DNA of 64,000 nt from Podarcis filfolensis (lineage: Eukaryota), in assembly GCA_964270895.1 (NCBI GenBank), contig OZ185441.1; one strand, 5' to 3'. Numbering within the stretch: the stretch's first letter is position 1; the number at the start of each line of letters is the position of its first letter. The notes below the pieces were generated by a model. That model worked only from the letters and a program-made list of their open reading frames with translations. It did not search any database and was not told the origin of the DNA. This document shows positions 54,066 to 64,000 of this stretch, piece after piece. Position numbers and translations under genes: made by a program.

Positions 54066-54082
54066 TGCGCCCCCTAGTGGCC
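54066..54082 (-). promoter_or_regulatory. CTCF binding site, reverse orientation
   Basis: Reverse complement GGCCACTAGGGGGCGCA matches the core CCASYAGRKGGCRS at 14/14. YY1-like GCCATCTT is adjacent at 54054-54061. Confidence 0.8.
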
Positions 54083-54890
54083 CCCCTGTGAAATAAGTTT
54101 TCTGAACAGTGTGAACTGCTCTATTGTCAAGAATATGTTTTGAGAGGAGCCTCTGTTGGAGAAATACCAGACAACAGCTTAACAAGCCAAAGTTTTCAAG
54201 CAGACTGAGGAAGAGCAGGAGGGAAGGGCGTAAAAAATTGTGAGGAGAGGATGGAAAATCTGAAGATCTGTCGGCATGCCTGCTTTACGGTCAGGATGAG
54301 TGGGACTAAGAGAAGCAAAGTGAATTGCATTTATATTGACTATTGACTTTAATCCATTTTTATTTACTTTTGACCTTATTTATCCATCCTGTTTTATTAA
54401 TAGGGAAGAGAATGCACTCTTGTAATAAAAAGGTGAAAAATAAGAACAATCCCTGTTGTTATTTGTCAAGGGAAGGCTCTGTTACAGAGCTGCTCTCTTG
54501 AGAATAATGGCCTTCTCACCCCCAGGAACTTCAAGGCAGGTGATGCTGCTGGCCTCCCACATTCTAGGGAAAGGTATAGGCAGGACACCTGATCACTGAC
54601 AACCTTCCTGGAAACCTTTCAGCTGAATCCTCTGTGTCTTTCCTGAGAAGCAACACACAGAATCAGATTTGTAGAGTTGGAAGGGATCCTAAGGGTCATC
54701 TAATCCAACCCCGTGCAATGCAGGAATCTCAGGCAGATGACCACCCTACTCATGAAGCAACCAAAGACCAAATGAAAAGGTATGCTAAGCCAAGCATGTG
54801 CAATCTATAAAACAAAGAAGCAAAGCGCAACAGGCCATTGGCAACAAGCAGCACAGAAATAATAGTTCACAATGAACCTGCAAACTCTGC

Positions 54891-55425
54891 ACATAGAATC
54901 ATAGAATCATAGAGTTGGAAGAGACCACAAGGGCCATCGAGTCCAACCCCCTGCCAAGCAGGAAACACCATCAGAGCACTCCTGACATATGGTTGTCAAG
55001 CCTCTGCTTAAAGACCTCCAAAGAAGGAGACTCCACCACACTCCTTGGCAGCAAATTCCACTGTCAAACAGCTCTTACTGTCAGGAAGTTCTTCCTAATG
55101 TTTAGGTGGAATCTTCTTTCTTGTAGTTTGGAACCATTGCTCCATGTCCGCTTCTCTGGAGCAGCAGAAAACAACCTTTCTCCCTCCTCTATGTGACATC
55201 CTTTTACATATTTGAACATGGCTATCATATCACCCCTTAACCTCCTCTTCTCCAGGCTAAACATGCCCAGCTCCCTTAGCCGTTCCTCATAAGGCATCGT
55301 TTCCAGGCCTTTGACCATTTTGGTTGCCCTCCTCTGGACACGTTCCAGTTTGTCAGTGTCCTTCTTGAACTGTGGTGCCCAGAACTGGACACAGTACTCC
55401 AGGTGAGGTCTGACCAGAGCAGAAG
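54891..55425 (-). mobile_element. CR1 LINE 3' fragment, relatively young
   Basis: ORF 55064-55435 ([35 protein letters not shown]...[10 protein letters not shown]) and an (ATTCTATG)n tail at 54891-54912. Confidence 0.95.
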
Positions 55426-55751
55426 TTGTACACATGCCTTGCTGTTAGGCAGAGTAGGGCAGCTGCCTCAGGCGGCTGGTACTGGGAAGGCAGCAAAGTG
55501 TGGGGGGGGTGGCAAGTCAGAGGACAGAGCTGTGTGGGCTACACAGCCTGCCATTCACCCTCTAAGTTAGCCAGCTATAACCTTGTCTAGAATGGAGGAT
55601 GCTGTCCTGTCTTTGGTTTGGAAGCTAGATTTAGCTGCCATTACAGTGGGCTTCTGCACCTGTCATGGAAAGGCACATCCAACGTGAGTAAAAGTAAACC
55701 CACAACCACAATTATAAGTATAAAAAAGCAGCTGCCAGAGCCAGCCACTCA

Positions 55752-56421
55752 GTAATATCCAAAAGCAGCATGGTAACCAAGTACAACAATGCGATGTCAA
55801 TATAAACGCTTAATAGGCCTAAAGCCTATTAAAGGAAATGCAAAACAACCTGGTATATTCCAGAGTACATGCCAGTGTTTGCGCATTATTCTAATAACTC
55901 TGTCTGCATGAGAGGTGTATTCTAATGATCCCGTAATGCGATTTTGAGCACGTGGGGTAGTTGTGGGACCAAGAAGCAAAATATGATCCTTAGTAAGCGA
56001 TTTGATTTTGGAACTATAGTCAATATGATAAGGATACCCCCTGGCACTCAGAGAATCTGCTAGCATGTCAGCATTTTTATGAAAATCATGATCAAGAGAG
56101 GAATTCCTTTTCAGATCTAGAAATTGTCCATAAGGTAAGTTGTCCCTCAATCATTTGGGTTGAAAGACTTATGTTTATTTGATTCTATGTTTTCAAGAGA
56201 ATCCATCAAGAGTGCATATTTTGTGACTTTCAGAGATTTAGAAGATTTCTGTTTATTTGGTTTTGCAGAGAGTGCATATTTCATATTGTTCAATGTTCTG
56301 TATAGATTATATAAAGTGTTTATATTGACATTGCATTGTTGTACTTGGTCATCGTGTTGCCTTTGGATATTACTGATATTTGTTTGCAACACAGGGGTTT
56401 AACTGTTTGGTTACTTATTGT
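55752..56421 (-). mobile_element. Penelope-like retroelement fragment
   Basis: ORF 55797-56150 has LPYGQFLDLKRNSS...SARGYP, the PLE RT-thumb motif. 15-bp flanking direct repeat AGAGCCAGCCACTCA; 58-bp internal inverted repeat. Confidence 0.75.
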
Positions 56422-59400
56422 AGAGCCAGCCACTCAAGCAGGTGTGGGAAGCCCCAACCATCAAAACTCCCTGAGCAGGTGCAGCAGTTTAGGGCTTGGC
56501 TGATGGAAGCTGGCCTTTTCCCCCTGGGCCCTCGTTGTTTCACTTCCTTGTGAGGAAAGTAGGCCCTGCTCTCCTACCATCACCGAAAGGAGAAGAAGTG
56601 GCCACACTCTGCACTTAGGGGTGCAGGCCAAGCTCACTGTCACTGGGCGGCTGGGACCCCAACACACCTCATTCTACAAGAGCTATCCGACATCACCCCA
56701 TCTCTGGGTTCCATCCTGCTTCTTGGTGTATGCACAGGACCTTTTACAAGTAAGAATCGTAAAGTGTTTTCTACAATGAGAGTCCTTTAGGAAATGCTAA
56801 GCAGTTGCTGGGTAAAGTGAGCTGTGGATTTCTGCACAAAAGTTCAATGTATTATAGGTGAGAGTATTTATTGGGGATGTGCTGTGTCTCTTTTAGTGCA
56901 GGGGAGCAAACTGTGTTTGGTCAGTGTGCATTGTTAGCCTCTGCTCTAAAGGTTTGCTTGACTAGGTGCATTTTGGGATCCATGCAATTAGCAATACTTG
57001 GGTTGTACAACAATTTGAATTTACTGATTTACTCCATTTTTATCTTTACTTTTCTCCAAGGAGCTCTTTGGAGTACAATGTTTTTCTTCTCCAAGCACCT
57101 CATGTTTTAACCTCACACAACTCTGTTAAGGTGATGCCATTTTGATATGTGAGGCAGAAAATCCAAATTACATCTCTCATGGGGGTTAAAATACAATAAA
57201 CTGAACAATTGGCTACCTTTAATTTACTGACACACAAAAGTCTGGTGCCCTAGCTAAGGCCATGTCATTCTGCAGAAGGCTGGGCCCGGTGCTGTCTGCT
57301 CTTGAGAGAGATTCTTGAGAGAGGGAGCTTGGATTATCTGTGGAGCACACTTTTCTTTCTCTTAGATTATTTATGGCTCTTCTAGCTGAAAAGAGAAACT
57401 AAATATGTGAACCCAAATTAAACTGATGGAATTTTACAAGCTTGTCAGATCTGCCCTCATTTAGCTGGCAAATGTTACTAGATTCTCTAAATACATTAGA
57501 TGAGTTAATAATAACAGCACGAACATCTACATAGTTTTTAAAAGAGCATCGTTTTTTGATACAAGCTGTCCATTAATAAAATTACTAACACCAAAAGAGT
57601 TGCATTCTGGAATAACTTCTCTGGGTTAAAATAGTTATGCAACCCAAGGACACCCTAATTTTCTTCCTCATGCCCTTGCTGTTCGACTTGCATTAACACC
57701 TGGTTTGCTCTCCCTCGGTCTATAAAAGTTCAGCCCTCATGTAGCTGCATTCCAAGATGGCACAGATTCCTTGCAGTTCCTAACTGCTTCCCCTATTATG
57801 AGAGATAGTCCAGGCCTGCATGAGAGAAAATTAGTCTGGAGAGAAAAGTCCCACTTACTTTAAGTGGAACAAATGTTCAGATTTGCTTGCCTGTAACTTT
57901 TGCTCCTTAGGTGGGGCTCTGTGCAGTCCCACTAAGGAAACCCACATGTGAATACCTGTTTTAATTATGAAATTACATTTTCTGCATTTCTGATATGACA
58001 CCACGGCCCATACTGGGCATTTCTACCAGGCCTCCACCCCACCCCAAGCTGTTTCCCGACCCCTACTTTGGTTTAACTTAACATCCAGCCTGAAGAGTTT
58101 CCCAAAGCTTGCAGAGTATTTTTTGGTTGGTTCAAATAAATATATTTTTCTGCTGATTTTAAAAAGAAAATCTATCATGTGACTGCAAATATATTTTTGA
58201 GTTGACCAATTTACTTTAAAACTTTTCTTCTTGACTTTTTTATTGTGAAATTGTGGATTATTTCCCCAAAGTAAATTTCTCCTGCAAGTTCACACTTGAT
58301 AGACAAGACAATGAGGTCACTTAATAGCACCTGCAGTTTTTGATGAAACATTTTCCAGCTTATTCCACAGTCACTGGCACTGTGCAAAATAAAATAAAAT
58401 AACCCATATGCATGTTTCCCTGAAAATTAGTTGCATTTTTTTCTAAATATCATTCATATGATATAAAAACAGGATTGTGTTCCATAGTTTTCCCAAAATC
58501 ATGAAAATAACAGCTCATACAATTTCCCAAAAGTAGACTTGACATTTTCCTGTTATCTTTTCAAGTACAGTATTTCTTTCAGAATTTTTTTCCAGAAATA
58601 TTTGCAGGAGATTGCAAAGTAGACATTTAGAAGCTTCTTCTAGCTCCTCAACCCTCATTTTGGGGATGTAAACTACCCCGCAAGTCAATTTTTCCAGCTG
58701 TCCAAGATCCCATCAATTTGGCAGCAGGAGCAAAAAGCGCGGGGGGGGGGGGAGACACGTTAAGATAAACACAGCCTTGTTGGGGTATGGAACTAAGTGC
58801 CATGATGGGGATGCAAATCTCACCTGGTCATTAGTCTGACCATTCGAGGAGCTGAGTGGGGGCAAGAATAACCCACCTCAGCGGGTGAGGAGGGAGCCTG
58901 TGTGCTTCAGCCTGCCTGCGGGTGTTTGTCTATGCATAAGGGAGATTGGGTTGGCCCCCACAGAGGATGGACCAAGGGTGAGTGCAGCCCTCGGTCAGCT
59001 GCCCCATCTCCAGTGACATAGGGTTGTGTCTGGTGAAGTCATGCACAGAAATGAATCAGTGGACTTGGCTAACGTAAGTCCAGTGATTTCAATGGGCCTG
59101 CTCTGAGTATGACTTAGTGACAAACAATGTATTTTAGGACTTGGTGGAATGCAAAACAAATATTGTTATTTGAATCATTAACACTTGCGAGAGGCGTGAG
59201 CCTGAACTGTATGTTCGGAGTACTCATACCATGTGCTCGTGGGAGGGAGTGCAGAGGTGAAGTGCAAGGTGGAAAGTGTGAAATGAGATTGTTTTAAAAA
59301 TCATTTGCACAAACATGGTTCCCAAATCAAAACTTGGTTGTGCTTTGACTGAATTTCACAGAAATAAATAAAAGGTAAAATATATATTGAATACAGAATA

Positions 59401-62400
59401 AAGGGGAAAATAAAAAAGAGGTGAAGAAGCCGTAAAGAGATAGACAGAAGTCAATTAATGTACGATGGATATGGATAAGTTTAGATGAGATATAGAATAT
59501 GAATGTAAATGAAGAAGAAATGAAGATGTATTTTTGTGGGTGTGTTTGAGTTTTATGTGTATTTGTAATTGTGTATTTGTATTTTTTTTAAATGCAATAA
59601 AAATTATTTTTAAAAAGAAAGTGTGAAATGAGGAACTTCCTCCCTGCATGATCTAGAACCCTTCAAATAAACCATGGTCTTGCATGAAACAAATTATGAT
59701 CCACAGAAGATGATACAGCACTAAGCTAAGCTCTCCGTTTCTCCAGTGGGCTGGGAGGGGGGAGCAAAGTGGCCCAGCTCAACGTTTTCATGGTAAACTA
59801 ATCAACTACGGTTTACTGTGACATGCAAACTGGACCACCGTAAGGCCACTGTGTTTTTCAAGTAGGTTTTTAGCTAAAAACAAACTTGCTCTTGAACTGT
59901 AAATCAGTGTGGGACAAACAAATACAGCAGGTGGAACACAACCTTCAGCAATGTGTGATGGTTCGCTGGGAAGCAAGACCGGGTGGTGGTCCTTGGTGCT
60001 GGAACCAAGGTGTCTTAGGAGTGTGCTCTTATCTTCATTTGGGAAAGGTTGGCTGGCTGCTGGAGTGGTCTAGTAATCCAGACAAATTACTGTCCTTGAA
60101 TCTTAGTTTTAGGAGTTTTCAGCATTATAATTGGCTGGAACAATATCATTTTAAAACAGTACCCTTATAAAGAATCGGATTTAAACTCACAAACACACAC
60201 CAAACTCATTCCATACCACTAGGCTTTGGGATATTGCTGATCTGGCAGCTCTGCTGATATACCTCAGGGAATGGTTTGAATCTTGGGACTCCTGTTACTA
60301 CAGACAGGAGAAAAATTGCTTTGGGGGCTACTTCCAAAACTTTTTAAAAAAGAATATTATGTTTATATGACTGCTTGAGTGTAAGAGAGAGACCCAGAGA
60401 GGACTTAATGTGTTTTTGCCAAAGCACATTGGCTGCTCCAACAGTTGGTTTAAACTTACAGAAATATGAGAATCCAAATGCTTCATAAAAACAGCACAAG
60501 GATGTCTACGGGGTTTCAGGCCTTTGTTTAATTTGGTTTTGGAATGTATTTCTATTCCTGTAGCATGCGTTGGCCTCCAAACATTTGGTTTTGTTTAGTA
60601 AGTACAAAGCTGTAAGATTTTGTTTCCCCACCAGAAGAATTGATCTTTCTCTGAGATCTTAGCAATTTGTGGAGGAACAAGACTCCTTGAAGATTCAGAC
60701 TTCCATGGCCACATAGGTATGCAATCTGGTTTGTGCAAACTCACATTCCATAATTACCTCCTCCTTTTTCTTGTTCTAATTACTGGGGGGCGGGGAGTGT
60801 TACATAAACAGCCACTGAGCCCCTCTTAATTTTAGGAAAGGTGGGGGGAACTCGTTTGGTCCTCCTTGTGCATAATTAAGATATATCCTTGCATTTTTGT
60901 GTGGTGTGCAGGAATGCGAGTGAGAGATTTCTAACTGGCCTGTCTCCTTTATCTGCTATGAAAAAACCAAACATGATTTTGTTCAGTGGTTTTGCCATTA
61001 CTTTCCCCCCATGATATGACCAGCTTCTTTCCCTGCATGACAGGACTGGTCAATAAGGAGGCAGTGTGGCTGAATTCTGGCTTTCTGTTCTCGAATTCTA
61101 GCAACTGTCCAAAAAGCTGTTTGGCAACTCTATTCACTTAAATATCTCTTTGCAAAACTTCTGTAGCACACAGGAGTGCTGGGAAAGAGAACAAATGCCA
61201 TCCTGGAAATGCCCCCGTGTCAAAGAACCAGCTCCAACCTTTCAGGTCATTTAAGAATTCCAAAGTCTCCTCAAAGACACTGCACTGTAAAACATATGGA
61301 GCTCAGCTCAGGGTCTATGCAAGAGGATGTTTGCTGCTTAGCGAATCCGTTCAGATTAACTACACAAGAGGAGATCCTTCTCAATTCACACACCTGTTTC
61401 CCTAAGATCCTGTAATGAATGATAAGTGCTTGGCACCCATCTCAGGCCTGATTTCTCCTCCATCATTTCTCCTCCTGAAACATGAGACATAAAAATGGGG
61501 GGGGTTTAGTTATGCCCTCCCTTGGCCCTGAGGAACTCTGCTTGTTCAACTTCAACTTCTATGTCCTTTGCACATAAAACGATGCTGCACTTTACTGCAG
61601 GCTGCTGAAACTAACTGAGGAACTGACTGAGTGTGAGGTTAGCTAGAAATCACTTGTTTGTTTTTTTAATCTTTGTGCTGCTTTCTTTTTCTCCTACTTT
61701 TATTTAATTAAAAGCTGAAAATAGAAACCTGAAGTTGACAATTTGCTCGCAGGACTAGGCTTAACCTTGTGTTAGGCTCCTCATACTGCCTGGTTAGATG
61801 AAGATCTGTTTGCTAAGATCTGTCCCTTCTCCCAAGAAAATATTCCATGTTTGGGTTCCCACTTGCCCAGACTGAGGGTATCTAACTTTTAATATGGATG
61901 GTGGAAACTCTTGGTTACTTAAGAAAACAATGCCCAGACTGCCCTACCGCAAGATGGAAGCTCTTGTTTCTTTTGTTACAGCTCCCAATTTATTTTTCTC
62001 TCTGAGGAAGTAGCAGCATAATAGTATGCAAAGGCAGGCAGTGGTATTTCCCTGATTCAGCAAATCTCTTTTTTGCTTTTCAAGAGACAACCCGCCTGTA
62101 GCTTGCCTGACTACTTGCTTGAAAAAATCCAGCACTCTCTTAGCAACCTCTCCCCCACACACTGCCCCCCCCCGCAGCCTGCAAGTGTATGACTGTTCAA
62201 GAGCAAAAGCTGTGTTTTGAAACTATTCACGAATGCCAGCATAGCAACTCCTTGGCTCCAATGAGTAGAGACCTCTCCACGCTCAGCCCAAGTGCAGCAA
62301 CTGCAACCAGTTGGGTAGGGGGGCAATGGAAAGAGGGAGCAGTAAAAGCAGAGAGGGACGGAGGAGGAGGAGAAATGGCTTGTCTGTGAACTCTATGGCC

Positions 62401-63109
62401 AAGTATGGTGAGGTAGTAGCTAGAAGCTCTGGGGGCTTATCCAGTCTTCTGAACAGTACGGACTCATGGCCTCCCTGTTGAGGGATCTGCTCACAATACG
62501 CCTTGGCGGTAGGAACGTCACGTCCCCCACCCCCACCCCCACCCCCATTCTGGCTACTTTAAAAGTGACTAAGTCTCTACTAGGTCCCATGCAGGCTTCT
62601 GGTTGCAACCCAGGACTGCTGAATGAATTCAGTGGTTGCTTCTCTATTTCTGAAAATATAGATCCTTAGGTAAACACACAAGTTCCTTGGTAGACAGAAA
62701 AAAAGGAAAACAGGCTTATTTCAATACATGAGGGCATGTCTTGTTGTCTGGGCAGCCCAGGACTGCCCAGGAGATCACTTTGGTGGTGCTAATGCAGCAA
62801 GAATAATGTGGGGTGCAGCAGTTATAAATTCCCGGTTTCTGCAGCCACAGCAGGCGCTGTGATTCTCCAGCGGTTTGACTTGGCCCCCGAAGGCATTTTC
62901 TCTCAAATCAGAGGGGTGGCAAGAACAACAACAACCAAGTCACAGCTGTTATTAAAGCACCTCTGAGGCTGCACTAGGATTTTGAATATGGCTCACAATA
63001 TGTGCATTACAATTTGTCTTTACACTTTATTACACTTTGCTGTTAGAACTGTCATAGAATCATAGAGTTGGAAGGGACCATGAGAGTCATCTAGTCCAAC
63101 TCCCTGCAG

Positions 63110-63810
63110 TGAAGAAATGTGAACGTCCCTGTGACATTCGCAGGGAAACCAAAATGCTTGTTTACAAAGCTATTGTACTACCAACCTTACTATATGCTTG
63201 TGAAACATGGACCACTTACAAGCACCATCTCCAACTCCTCAAACAATTTCATCAACAATGTCTCCGAAAAATTTTACACATCACTTGGGAAGACAGGTGA
63301 ACTAATATCAGTGTACTGGAAGAAGCAAAGATCACCAGTGTTGAAGCAATGATTCTTCAACATCAACTTCGTTGGACTGGTCATGTTGTGTGGATGTCTG
63401 ATTATCGTCTTCCAAAGCAACTATTCCGAACTTAAAAATGGAAAGCTGGTGGTCAACAAAAGAGGTTTAAAGACTGTCTCCAGGCAAATTTTAAAAATGT
63501 AGTATAAACACCGGCAACTGGGAAACACTGGCCTGCGAGCGCTCCAGTTGGAGAGCAGCCTTTACCAAAGGTGTCATGAGCTTTGAAGACACTCAAACTC
63601 AGGACAAGAAACGTGCTAAGAGGAAGGCACGCTTGGCAAACCCACACTGTGATCAACTCCCACCCGGAAACCAATGTCCACGCTGTGGAAGGACGTGTGG
63701 GTCCAGAATTGGCCTCCACAGTCACTTACGGACTCATTGTTAAAACCGTGTTTATGGAAGACAATCTGACTCGGCTACGAGGGATCGCCAAAGAAGAAGA
63801 AAGAAGAAAA
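63110..63810 (+). mobile_element. RTE-clade LINE 3' fragment (frameshifted)
   Basis: TKMLVYKAIVLPTLLYACETW...CLRKILHITWEDR, then LRWTGHV and a C-terminal CPRCGRTCGSRIGLHSHLRTHC; ends in GAA repeats. Confidence 0.85.
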
Positions 63811-63826
63811 GTGAAGAAATATTTTT

Positions 63827-63900
63827 GCCCAATGTAGGGCAAGAACCCCCCCCCCCCAACCCTGAGATTAGAGTCTCGTGCTCTACTGACTGAGCTATCC
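63827..63900 (-). pseudogene. tRNA-Lys-derived SINE head / tRNA pseudogene
   Basis: GGATAGCTCAGTCAGTAGAGCACGAGACTCTAATCTCAGGG resembles the tRNA-Lys 5' half. The T-arm is interrupted by a G-run. Confidence 0.6.
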
Positions 63901-64000
63901 TGTAGGCTCTTACTTGCCTGTTTAAATTATATATCCTCTTACCACATGTAGGTGTGAATTTGATTTTGCATTACTGATTGCAGAGACAATTTCCTTTTCC

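Noticed and set aside
55752-56421. Hammerhead ribozyme in the Penelope-like element
   Set aside because: No CTGANGA...GAAA core found by eye on either strand.
29500-62860. Weaker CTCF-like matches (e.g. near 29508, 30099, 49849, 50155, 62843)
   Set aside because: Three or more mismatches including key positions, and several lie inside repeats.
1-64000. CRISPR arrays, operons, rRNA or intact tRNA genes
   Set aside because: Eukaryotic locus; no repeat-spacer array or intact structural RNA gene seen.

Overview
Vertebrate genomic DNA, most likely from a squamate reptile (the CR1/L2/RTE/Penelope/MITE repeat mix looks lacertid-lizard-like; this is inference). The window holds the 3' end of the clustered protocadherin-gamma (PCDHG) locus on the + strand. 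There are four large single-exon C-type variable exons (7457-9907, 11438-13888, 15017-17455, 18319-20754), each ending in a phase-0 GT donor. Three constant exons follow (24282-24340, 34078-34166, 43552-43808), then a ~2.6 kb 3'UTR with a polyA signal at 46443. The second variable exon is a clear PCDHGC5 orthologue. In mammals C5 is the last variable exon, but here two more C-type exons lie between it and the constant region, and a divergent non-C3/non-C4 exon lies before it. Constant exon 3 carries a poly-alanine expansion. Downstream are an unassigned CpG-island promoter with an RFX X-box (50.3-51.7 kb), a coding-like segment at 49.1-49.5 kb and a perfect reverse-oriented CTCF site (54066-54082). 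I found no recognisable DIAPH1 terminal exon. Introns and flanks carry many transposon remnants, including a Penelope-like insertion with a 15-bp target duplication and internal inverted repeats. No prokaryote-type systems (CRISPR etc.) are present. Comparisons with human proteins rely on recalled sequences and need database confirmation.
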